A stretch of DNA of 64,000 nt from Octopus bimaculoides (taxonomy: Eukaryota): the NCBI RefSeq assembly GCF_001194135.2, contig NC_069004.1, forward strand, positions 27,644,790-27,708,789, given 5' to 3'. The notes beneath the pieces were generated by a model, which did no database searches, was not told the DNA's origin, and saw only the letters and a list, made by a program, of their open reading frames with translations. Below, in pieces: positions 26,570 to 37,705 of this stretch. Every line of letters starts with the position of its first letter. The first letter of the stretch is position 1. Both the position numbers and the translations under genes were made by a program.

Positions 26570-26780
26570 TTGTGTGCCTGTGTTTGTCCCCCCTAGCATT
26601 GCTTGACAACCGATGCTGGTGTGTTTATGTCCCCGTCACTTAGCGGTTCGGCAAAAGAGACCGATAGAATAAGTACTAGGCTTACAAAGAATAAGTCCCG
26701 GGGTCGATTTGCTCAACTAAAGGCGGTGCTCCAGCATGGCCGCAGTCAAATGACTGAAACAAGTAAAAGAGTAAAAAGAG
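26388..26780 (+). mobile_element. SINE family A, young full-length (tRNA-derived head, CORE-like domain, internal microsatellite, gagtaaaa-type tail)
   Basis: A box GTGGCTGTGTGG 26397-26408, B box GGTTCAGTCC 26441-26450, ccttgggcaagtgtctt resembling the MIR/CORE motif. About 24-nt internal deletion relative to 60601. Confidence 0.92.
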
Positions 26781-26814
26781 TATATGTGTGTGTGTGTGTT
26801 ACTGTCTCTTTGCC

Positions 26815-27090
26815 CTGGGGTCACCTGATAGTTGAGTGAGTGTCACTGTCATCCAAGCAGTGTTCTTCATTTCCAATCTTCCATGGAAACCTGTCTGTTC
26901 ATGTGGAAATATTACCTTACTTGGAAACAGGTGATGTTTGACAAGACTAAGGGCATCCAGCATTAGAAACCCAGCCAAAATAGACTATGAAACCTGGTGT
27001 GGCTCCTGGTCTTGCCAGTTCCTGTTGAGCCATCCAACCCAATCCAGTATAGAAAACAGACATTAAATGTTTATGATGATGATGATGATA
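26815..27090 (+). mobile_element. Repeat family D
   Basis: aagggcatccagc..tagaaacc...ccatccaacccaatccagtat.gaaaacagacattaaatg, then (GAT)n. Confidence 0.7.
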
Positions 27091-27187
27091 TATGTATGAA
27101 TTATACATATATAACATACACACACGAAATATATGTTTCCACACACATACCTCCATACACAAAAAAACTATGTATATATTCACATTG

Positions 27188-27238
<51 letters not shown>

Positions 27239-28196
27239 NNNNNNNNNNNNNNNNNNNNNNNNNNNNNNNNNNNNNNNNNNNNNNNNNNNNNNNNNNNNNN
27301 NNNNNNNNNNNNNNNNNNNNNNNNNNNNNNNNNNNNNNNNNNNNNNNNNNNNNNNNNNNNNNNNNNNNNNNNNNNNNNNNNNNNNNNNNNNNNNNNNNNN
27401 NNNNNNNNNNNNNNNNNNNNNNNNNNNNNNNNNNNNNNNNNNNNNNNNNNNNNNNNNNNNNNNNNNNNNNNNNNNNNNNNNNNNNNNNNNNNNNNNNNNN
27501 NNNNNNNNNNNNNNNNNNNNNNNNNNNNNNNNNNNNNNNNNNNNNNNNNNNNNNNNNNNNNNNNNNNNNNNNNNNNNNNNNNNNNNNNNNNNNNNNNNNN
27601 NNNNNNNNNNNNNNNNNNNNNNNNNNNNNNNNNNNNNNNNNNNNNNNNNNNNNNNNNNNNNNNNNNNNNNNNNNNNNNNNNNNNNNNNNNNNNNNNNNNN
27701 NNNNNNNNNNNNNNNNNNNNNNNNNNNNNNNNNNNNNNNNNNNNNNNNNNNNNNNNNNNNNNNNNNNNNNNNNNNNNNNNNNNNNNNNNNNNNNNNNNNN
27801 NNNNNNNNNNNNNNNNNNNNNNNNNNNNNNNNNNNNNNNNNNNNNNNNNNNNNNNNNNNNNNNNNNNNNNNNNNNNNNNNNNNNNNNNNNNNNNNNNNNN
27901 NNNNNNNNNNNNNNNNNNNNNNNNNNNNNNNNNNNNNNNNNNNNNNNNNNNNNNNNNNNNNNNNNNNNNNNNNNNNNNNNNNNNNNNNNNNNNNNNNNNN
28001 NNNNNNNNNNNNNNNNNNNNNNNNNNNNNNNNNNNNNNNNNNNNNNNNNNNNNNNNNNNNNNNNNNNNNNNNNNNNNNNNNNNNNNNNNNNNNNNNNNNN
28101 NNNNNNNNNNNNNNNNNNNNNNNNNNNNNNNNNNNNNNNNNNNNNNNNNNNNNNNNNNNNNNNNNNNNNNNNNNNNNNNNNNNNNNNNNNNNNNNN

Positions 28197-28230
<34 letters not shown>

Positions 28231-29256
28231 CACACACACACACACACACATACATATATGATATATATGTAAAATAGTATACACGCTTGCATATACACAC
28301 ATATATATTACATATACATATATGAAGTATTGCTTGTGTGTATGTGTATACATACACACATGCACTCACAACACACATGCACTCACAACTTTTATGTATA
28401 TAATGGGATTAATACATTGAAGTCAGTAGCTTTATGTTCTATCATACTGGGGGAAAAAAAAGTTATCTCATTTAGATTTGGGTAAATAGAAACATTTAGA
28501 GTTCTAAGATGTAAGCAATTTAACTTGAGCAACTAATGTTTTTGCTGTGGTTGTTGTTGTTGTTGTTAGTAGTTTCGGCTCATCACTTTCTTTCTCTGCA
28601 TTGTTTTAAGTATCCTTTCATTTATAGTTTAGGATTTTATCTTTTGTTTCTGAAGCTTATTTTAGCGAGCATGAATTAATCAATTGATCGCTAACTTTTC
28701 GAGGGTAAAAAAAAAAAAAAAGAAAAAAAAAAAAAGAAAAAAGAAAAGAAAATGTTTATTGGAAATTCCATTGGTGAATCTGATCACAACTTGAAAGACG
28801 CACGCATACGTATATGCAAGCAAGTGAGTGCATGCTCGCATATGTGTGCACACATTCAAACAAAGGCATTCACGAAATGATTAAATGGATGAAAAATAGT
28901 CAGATAATAAAAAGTTTTGATTTCAGTTTAACAATTTTTAAAAAATAATATTCTCCCATTCCCTGTTCATTTTCTCCTTGCTCTTTCCCTCTCTCTTTCT
29001 CAAAATATATATATATATATGTACACATCCATATATACATACATGTGTGTATGTGTGGGATGTGTGTGTATATATAGACATATGTGTGCATTCGACATCT
29101 ATGTACATGTATATATGTATTGTCTATCTCAGTTGCTTTGAGATCTTTTACAACTTGGAAAATGATATTACTTACACAAATTTTTCAAGAAAGAAAGAAA
29201 TATAGTCATTATAGAAATGACTTCCAGAAAGAAAAGCAAAATTTGGTCCATTATTA

Positions 29257-29318
<62 letters not shown>

Positions 29319-30075
29319 TATTATTATTAATAATAAATATATATATATTTATATACTTTTATACACACACACACACGTGTATGTATGTATGTGTATCCCC
29401 CTCTCTCTCTCTACATGTATGTTTGTTTGTGTGTGGAAGCATTTGTGTGTATATATATATATCTGTATTTGTATATATTTGTGTGTGTGTGTGTATGTGT
29501 CACACTGCATGTGTATAAAAAAAAGAGAATAAACAGCGATAACATATTTCATAGTCAGAACTTCGAGACTTTTATTAGATAAATTATAAATATAAGATTT
29601 GTCTAAGAAAATGTGAGTGATGAAATACATTTTCTATTTTTATTATCTGTCTTTATTTATTGTGTCTGTATGTATATACGCATGTGTTTTATTTTGCGTC
29701 TCACCAGAGCCCCCCACCCGTCACTCCAAATAGCTATTTTAGTCGTTTGTATTCAAGAAGAAATTGGGGAAAATTTTGAAATAATCTTGTTTTGGTAAAT
29801 TGCCTGCCTTGATGTTCTGTTAATCCAATCTCGCTGCTCAGAGACTTAGTATATGTGATAAGAATGCAAAGCCACGATTACAATATTATTACTATACATA
29901 GATTTATTCAGTTACTTATTTATACATCCATTCTACTAATTATTAAAATCTTGATAAAAAAAATTTGTTATCTCAGAAAACCAAACTAGATGCTTTATCT
30001 ATCAAATCCAAAGCTGGCTACTTTACTGTTGTGAATTCAAGATTTTGTTGATTTCATTAGAATAATTACCAGTGA

Positions 30076-30183
30076 TGACTACTACTACTACTACTATTAC
30101 TACTACTACTACTACCACTACTACTACCACTACTACTGCCATTACTACTTCTGCTGCTGCTACTACGACTACTACTACTACTA
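30076..30183 (+). repeat. (TAC)n microsatellite
   Basis: Directly visible imperfect array. Confidence 0.9.
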
Positions 30184-30190
30184 ATTATTC

Positions 30191-30395
30191 AAGGCAGTGA
30201 GCTAGCAAAATCATTAGCACTTTGGACAAAATGCCAAGTGACATTTTGTTCTTTACATTGTGAGTTCAAATTCTGCTGTGGTAAGCTTTGCATTCCATTC
30301 TTTCAGGGTTGATAAAATAAGTACCAGTCATGTAATTGAGTAACACCCTCCCCCAAAATGTCAGGCCTTGTGCCTATAGTAGAAAGGATTATTGT
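30191..30395 (+). mobile_element. SINE family B
   Basis: aaggcagtgagctagca...gagttcaaattc...gataaaataagtaccag...ggccttgtgcctatagtagaaagg(att)n. Confidence 0.85.
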
Positions 30396-31782
30396 TATTT
30401 TTTTTATTTATTTCAAAATTTGTGTATGATGGAATTTAGGTGGGTTTACTCTTGGTTAACAAGTCACCACCTGTGACCTCAGCCATCCAAGAACTTTAAA
30501 ATACTCTTCACTGTTCTTCTGCAAGCCACCCTTTTCTGCCCACTCTTTGAGCTTCTTTCCCACCATTCCTAAGGCTTCAGTCTGCTTATCTCTGGTATAT
30601 GTATCTACCTTTTTGATTTCATTCTCTTTTATTCTTGTATCAAATGAATAGGCCACATCAGTTATGTAGTAAGTTCATCCCTCTTCTTAAACACCAAGGT
30701 ATCTGGTCTGTTATGTTCTAGGTCATAATCCGTTTGGATAGATGAGTTGCAAAGGAGCTTAACCCCATCATTTTTAGTTACATTTTCAGGTGCATGCTCA
30801 TACCACTTGTGACCTGATGGAAGTCCATACTTCTTACACATTTCCCAGTGGATGATCTTTGCAACATTATCATATCTCCAAGGTTTTTACTGTCTTTTGT
30901 GCAAATTTGGAACATTCATTTACTCTGCAGAGTACTGGTTTTTCTGCATTCATTGCACAGCTTGCGCAATAGCAACAGGTTGAGTCCTGCCCTACATTTT
31001 GCACAAAAGATGAAATACTTTTCAAGTGCATTATCCTTTGTCTGTCCTTCTCAGTGTGTTTGTATTACTTACTGCAAATCTGCAGTGCTTTTGTTAACAT
31101 ACTGACTGAGACTTTTCACTTCCATGTTCATGCAATCTTCTTCACTGATCAATCCCCTTCCTCTAGTTCTAGGTTTCATGTATAACCTGTCCATATCTGC
31201 TCTTTTATGCAAAGCCTTGTATATTATAATTTTTCAAGTTTTTCAATCAATATCTTGTAGTCCTTCTTTGTTCCATTTCACAAGGCCTGTCACATATTTC
31301 ATAATTGATACAGCCCTCTGTTTTTGATACAATCCAATTCTAAAATTCCCAAATACTCCTATCCTTGACTTTTTTCCAAACTTTTCATTACCTGATTATT
31401 CGGTTGTTTAAATCCTTGACTCTGCTTTACCTTCCCTTGTTTCAGTTTCAAAATGGTACAATTATTGAGATCAAATTCTATGCCTGTGTCATTACTGAAA
31501 ATTCTTACTGTGTTCGCTAGTGTGCCACGTTGATCTTCATTTAAATCGTTCATGTTAACCACTCCCATGCCATTCCCCAAAACACACCCTGCTTTAACAT
31601 CTTTCAAAACCATTGACAGTGGTATTGATATCAACACAAACAAGAGTTGTGTGAGACTGTCTCCTTGAAATGTTTCTCTTCTCATATTCACTTTACCTGA
31701 TGACTTTCCTGTAAATGTTAACTCTGTTTTCCAGGCTGCCATACTTCTTTTTAGCAGTCTTTATACTTTCTCAGCCACTCCA

Positions 31783-31920
31783 AGGACATCCAGCTGTAGA
31801 AACTCTGCCAGATCAGATTGGAGTCTGGTGCAGCCTTCTGGCTTGCCAGTCCTCAATCAAATCGTCCAACCCATGCTAGCATGGAAAGCAGACGTTAAAC
31901 GATAATGATGATGATGATTA
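31783..31920 (+). mobile_element. Repeat family D, 5'-truncated copy inserted in the LINE RT region
   Basis: catccagctgtagaaactctgcc...ccaacccatgctagcatggaaagcagacgttaaacgataatgatgatgatg interrupts the LINE between HSWM and GVAE. Confidence 0.88.
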
Positions 31921-33618
31921 CGCCATCCAGCTGTGAGACACCATATCATAGGCCTTTTTGTAATCTATCTATGCATTCCTAATCATATTAACCTTTTTTT
32001 TTTCTCAATTCTTTAGTATCATCTTGTCTATTAACACCTGATCTCTTACCCCCCCTTTCACCTATGTTTACAACCCTTCTGCTCATCTGGTAATAACCTT
32101 TCATTATCTAAAAATCTATACAGTTTGTCAGCTATTCCTCTTGTTAAGCTTCCACATGATTGATAAACATGTTATTGGTCGGTAGTTTGACACTTCATCA
32201 CCCATTGACACATCCTTCAATACTAATGGTATTTTACCATGAGTCATCCACAGTGGAACATTACCCTCATTCAGAAGTCCTTGAAATTGGCTTGCAATTC
32301 TCAAATGACATGCCACGAATACTTTAATCCAATCTCCCTGCAATCCATCAGGGCTAGTGACTTCCAATTATTCATTTTTCTTATTTGTTTCTCCATTGTT
32401 GTTTGTGATATTGTGATGTTTTCTGGTCTGTTTTTATTTTTCATCTTCTCTTCAACTTATTCCTTTCTGATTAGCTTCATCATTATGCACAACTGTTAAT
32501 GTTAGATCTCATCCCAAAACTGTTCACACTCTCTTATATTTGGTATGACACCACTGCCTTTTTCTGATCTGTCTGGAACATCCTGTTCTGTATAAATTGT
32601 TCTGTACATCCGTCACACCTTGCTAGCTTCCCTGATTTTGCAATAATTCTTTGACCTCTTCAATAACAACTTCGATTCCTTTTCTGTGTACTTTCTATTT
32701 TCTTTCCAGTTGATCTCTAATCCTGATGTTCTGCAGTTTGTTGTTTCTCCAACTTTCTAACCTGCTCATATCTTTCCATTCTTCAAACTTCTCAACTATT
32801 CTTTTACCCCACCATGGTTCCTGTTTGTGTCCACTTGTTTGATTTTTTTTCTTTTATTATTCTACAATATTTAGCAAGTCACATATGCAGCTGCTTTGAG
32901 TAGCCCATTCGTTTCAGTGATGTCAGCAGTTTGTGTGTATCCTGTGACTTTCCTGACTCGATTTTTTCCTTTTTCTCTTCAGTTATTTTCTACCTACATC
33001 CTTCAATTTTGATGGCCCTTCCTTCATTATCACCTCTTCTTCAATGTCTTCTGCTATTTTGATTTCTTCAATTTCTCTACTTCGCAATTCTCTCTTGATG
33101 TTCTCGCTATATTCAGTATCACGGAGTTACTTCAGTCATTGTCTTTCAACCTATGCTTCATCTCCTTTACCTTTCATCCATTCAACTATCGAATTCTTCT
33201 TCACTGGGTTCACCTCTGTCAAATTCCATTGCAATGTTTCTTTTTATCTCAAATAACTCTACATATAAAAGCCATTCATTTCTTCTGATTTCTCGACTCT
33301 GGTCAGCAAGTCTTTGTTCAGTAGTTTCAAAGACTCCAATTTCCCTCCATTTGGCTAACATTCATTTTGTGTTTTCTCTTTGGCTTGGATTACTCTCATA
33401 GAAACATTTCATGACAAGCTTGTTTAGATCTTTCATCCGTTTCATACTGGAAGTTACTCCATGATGACTGAGTATGATGACTGAGCTTATTCTGCTCACC
33501 TTTGGGACACCTGTCAGATGGGGCACCTTCACCAGTGTTTCCAGCATTGTTTATATCATTATCTGACATATTTGTATTGTGCATTTCACTCATATTTAAG
33601 GGTACTACTGATCAATAT

Positions 33619-33814
33619 TTTTATTGTGACACCATCATTAGATGGGTTGTCTACCACAACTCAGAGAGACGCCATCTACCCACATCTCAAGGAAAGTATA
33701 AAGTGCCAGACCTCAACCTAGTATTTTATTGTGACACTATCATTAGATGGGTTGTCTACCACAACTCAGAGAGACGCCATCTACTCGCATCTCAAGGAAA
33801 GTATAAAGTGCCAG
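33619..33814. repeat. Tandem duplication, 105-bp period, in the LINE 5' UTR
   Basis: 33619-33709 and 33724-33814 differ at about 3 of 91 positions. Confidence 0.95.
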
Positions 33815-33831
33815 CATTTTATTTGTTTCAC

Positions 33832-33876
<45 letters not shown>
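33832..33876 (+). repeat. (TTA)n microsatellite at the LINE 5' junction
   Basis: Directly visible. Confidence 0.95.
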
Positions 33877-33879
33877 GTT

Positions 33880-34095
33880 AGAAACCCTCATTAGTAACGT
33901 GGCTGAATTATTAGCATGCTGAGCAAAATGCATAGCAGCATTTCTTTCAGTTTTGCATTTTGAGTTCAAATTTCACTGAGGTCGACTTCACCTTTCATCT
34001 TTCTGGGCTTGATAAAATAAGCACCAATTGACCACTAGGAATGATGTTACTGAGAAAACTTCTCTCCTCAAATTCTAAGCCTTCTGCTTAAAATA
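33880..34095 (+). mobile_element. SINE family B, diverged
   Basis: ttagcatgctgagcaaaatgc.tagcagcattt...gagttcaaattt.actgaggtcgacttcacctttcatc.tt.tggg.ttgataaaataag.acca. Confidence 0.8.
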
Positions 34096-34245
34096 GAGAG
34101 AATGATGATGTTAATATATTTTATTGTATACTTGTCACAGCTTAATAGTGTCTCGCAGGTTTGCTTTGTGAATGCATTTCACTTTAGTTGGAGATACTTT
34201 GTGTTTGTATATGTACATGGCTATAAAAGAAACAGATGGGGCTGC

Positions 34246-34290
<45 letters not shown>

Positions 34291-34781
34291 GGGGGGGAGA
34301 GAATTGTTATTTGAAAATATGCTTTATTAGTAGATAGGAAGCTATCTGTAATTTGTGACATATTAAACCACCTACAGCAACAGAAGGAATGAAGTTTTGA
34401 AAATTATGGCGAGGGGAGAAAATGAGACAAACTAACAAAAAGATATGTCCAAACAGCTTCTTAATTGCTAAGAAAATGAATCTGTCCATGTAAACAACTA
34501 AACATTTGAAAGAATCTGCATTAAAACACCTGCTGTTTAATTGTTGTGTCAACAGGCAGTAAGTATTGGTTGTGCCAATCAAGAGTTGCTTGCTGGTTCT
34601 TTCTTTAAATGCTGACAGTTTGTCAATGTAATATTCAGAAATATTTGTAGCTGTGGATTTTATTTTGCTATTTCAATATATGCATATACATGTGTGTGTG
34701 TGTGTGTGTGTTGAAATGGGAAGATATTACGCATATTTGTATGTATGTATGTGTATATCTATCTATCTATCTGTATGTATG

Positions 34782-34817
<36 letters not shown>

Positions 34818-35219
34818 ATAATTTGTGTGTGTATCTATATACATATATATGAATATATAAAAAAAAAGAAGTTCTGATATCAATTTATTTGACTGAAAAT
34901 TCTTCAAGGCAATGCCCCAGCATGGCCACAGTCTAATGACTGAAACAAGTAATAGGTAAAAAAAAAACAAGCATGCATGTGTGTATGTCTTTATGTCTGT
35001 TCTTACAACCTGTGTTGATTTGTTATGTCCTTATAACTTAGTGGTTTGGCAAAAGAGAGTGAGAAAATAAGTACCAATCTTTAAAAAAAAAAAATAGTAC
35101 TGGAGTTGATCTTTTCAACTAAAACCCTCCAAGGTGTCGCCCTAAGAGAACTGCAGTCCAATGACTGAAACAGGAAACAGATAAAAGAAAACAGAAATAT
35201 ATTTATTTATTAGTTGTAA

Positions 35220-35390
35220 CTCAACCCTGGTTTAGTAAATCTATTATCAAAAATATTCCAGGAATAATCTTTTTTTTTTTCATAGATATGCTCTATTCAG
35301 AACTATAATACTTGATGTGTCCTTCCTCTTTTTTTCTGAAGAAGGTAGATTTGACAGAAAGTCGATTGGTACTTCTAGCATCTTAGAGAA
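35220..35390 (+). mobile_element. Interspersed repeat family E (unclassified), diverged
   Basis: Similar to 47675-47900 and, in reverse, 59940-60150 (gatcaa...attccag...gtgtccttcct...gatttgg.tgctatttctagc). Confidence 0.45.
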
Positions 35391-35764
35391 TGAAAATACA
35401 ACTTAGTTTTAACAAGAGCTTCTAGGTTTGTTAGCATTTCCATATTATTTAATATCAGATGGTGTTTTGTGCTTTTCACCAGAGAGATTGGTCTGCTTAA
35501 TACAAAGAGTTAGCTTGCAATAAAAGTGTGTTTCTAAGGTTTCATATATAATACTACTAGTACTATCTACTGAAGTTGCATTGAGGGAAACATATCTTCC
35601 TTCAGAGAAAATGTCTCAAAAGACAAAAACGAAAACAAAAAAAAAAAAAAAAAAAAAAGACTATCAAAAAGTTATAAAGGGAAATACAGGATCTAGTGGA
35701 AAAGCCAGGCAAAAGATAAGATTGAATATACAAGATTTATACATACATACACACATACTCTCTT

Positions 35765-35975
35765 TTACTTGTTTTACTCAGACTATGGTCATGCTGGGGC
35801 TCCACTTCGAAGAATTTTAGTCAAATGAAGCAACCCCAGGTAGTTTTTATTTTTAATGTTCCGTACTTGTTTTGCCCAGCCACTAAGTTACAGAGATGTA
35901 AGCACAGCACACCAATTGGTGGAGATGGGCAAACACAGACAGAAATGTGCGCGCACACACACGCACGCACACACG

Positions 35976-36014
<39 letters not shown>

Positions 36015-36120
36015 GCTGCTTTCAGTCTTTCTCAAGACAGACTAAAGCTTTGTGAGTGGATTTGGCAGACAGGCTATGGTTAAAAAGACTTCCCCATGGT
36101 GCCACTCAGTGGGGCTAAGT
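35765..36120 (-). mobile_element. SINE family A-related copy with (CA)n
   Basis: ttttacttgtttt...catgctggggc...aagcaaccccagg...ttttgcccagccactaagttac.gagatgtaa. Confidence 0.7.
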
Positions 36121-36157
36121 CATATATAATACACACACACATACATGTGGATTTTAT

Positions 36158-36651
36158 TAAATACATGGCTATGTTCAAGTTTTATCTATTTTATTTTATA
36201 TTTTTCATATTTTCTTATTAGCTTTTTCTTACAGTGGCTTTGGAATAATGGAATTCCTAAATCCATATCTGGTGTTTCTAGTTCTTCAGCCTCATTATTA
36301 AGAATAGAATTGAAAATATTTGGCATTTCTGTTATTTCTTATATGCTGATTAAATTTATGTAGACTTTATTGCCAGAGGTTTACTGACCATTATGCTGAG
36401 GCATAATGCTAACGGCCAATAAACCTTTGCCAGAAAGTCTACACAAATTCATGTTGAATGTAAGAAACAACACAAATGCCAAATATATTCAATTTGATTC
36501 AATTCTTGATAATGGTGCTGTGAAGGTCTAGAAACATCAGATATAGATTCAGGAATTCTACTGTTCCAAGCAAACTGTAAAAACTAATGACAAAATATAA
36601 ATATTAAAAATAATAAATGTAAAAGATAACTTAAGCATAATCATGTATTTA
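36158..36651. repeat. Long imperfect palindrome (arms ~240-250 bp, 4-nt loop)
   Basis: 36158-36396 aligns to the reverse complement of 36401-36651 (e.g. ggaataatggaattcctaaatccatatctggtgtttctag vs ggaacagtagaattcctgaatctatatctgatgtttctag). Centre cattatgc-tgag-gcataatg. Confidence 0.93.
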
Positions 36652-36971
36652 GTTAAACATGCATAAAAGAAAAGCTGTTCCCTTGTCCCATATATATATA
36701 TAATGATGAGGATATATATATACACACATACAGACAAAGTATATACATACATATATANNNNNNNNNNNNNNNNNNNNNNNNNNNNNNNNNNNNNATATAT
36801 ATATATATATATATATATAAGAGAAAACTGGAAGACTTAGGTATGTTTTTAATTCCATGTTACATGTGTTTTATCACGGCAGAAATCACAAAGATATACA
36901 TGTAGAAAAATGTATAAAATCTCCTACCTGCAATTCTTCAGGCAATGATTTAAAAGCTACACACACAAACA

Positions 36972-37008
<37 letters not shown>

Positions 37009-37289
37009 TGTCAGATACTTGAAAACTGATGCTCGGAACTAAATTAAAGAATATATTTATCAAAACAGAGTAGAGTATCCATTTCAACTCAAAACGAACA
37101 ATGAATTCATCATAGCTATTGTGTACTGTATTAACTTTGCTCGATTGATGTCATTGGCAATGTTGTTTGCCTAATGACATTGACAGTGTCCCAGCCATGG
37201 CCACATTGCTTACATAAATAACAGGGGAAATTCTAATTGATCATCACCATGTAACAATATGTATCAGGCTCAGATAAGGCTTTTGTTTT

Positions 37290-37705
37290 CAGCTATTGGA
37301 TTGCAGCCATGGTGGGGCACCACTTAGAAGGGTTTTAGTCAAACAAATTGACCCCAGGGCTTTTTTAAAATCTGGTACTTATTCTACTGGTCTCTATTGC
37401 TGAAGTTCCGAGTTCTGGAGACATAGACAAGCCAACATCAGTTATAAAGTGGTGCTGGCAGACAGACACACATCTCTACACACACATCTTTACACACACA
37501 TCTCTACACACACTTCTCTACACACACACTTCTCTACATACACACATCTCCACATGCACACATCTCCAAACGCACACTTCTCTACACGCACACATCTCCA
37601 CACGCACACATCTCCACACGCACACATCTCCTCACACACACATCTCCACACACAATGGGCTTGTTTCAGTTTCCGTCTATCAAATTCACTCAGAAGGCTT
37701 TCTAG
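37290..37705 (-). mobile_element. SINE family A with an internal minisatellite
   Basis: Family A 3' half, then cacacatctc(c/t)aca repeats, then gggcttgtttcagtttccgtctatcaaattcactca. Confidence 0.8.
37464..37655 (+). repeat. Imperfect 12-14-bp minisatellite (cacacatctccaca)
   Basis: About 14 visible units replacing the usual (CA)n of family A. Confidence 0.85.

Larger units (their letters stand above)
30414..33831 (-). mobile_element. Decayed near-full-length R4/Dong-clade (RLE) non-LTR retrotransposon
   Basis: Minus strand, in order: N-terminal NKLVMKCFYESNPS...EIGVFETTEQRLADQSREIRRNEWL; RT VSNYRPITCL, AYDMVSHSW, RRETFQGDSL, LANTVRIFSNDTGIEF; DNVAKIIHWEMCKKYGL; RLE endonuclease IQTDYDLEHNRPD...DVAYSFDTRIKENEIKKV. 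Many stops and frameshifts; flanked by (TAA)-like tracts. Confidence 0.9.

Noticed and set aside
34543-34566. 3-nt microexon (cag|GCA|gtaagt)
   Set aside because: Poor polypyrimidine tract; cannot be supported without RNA data.
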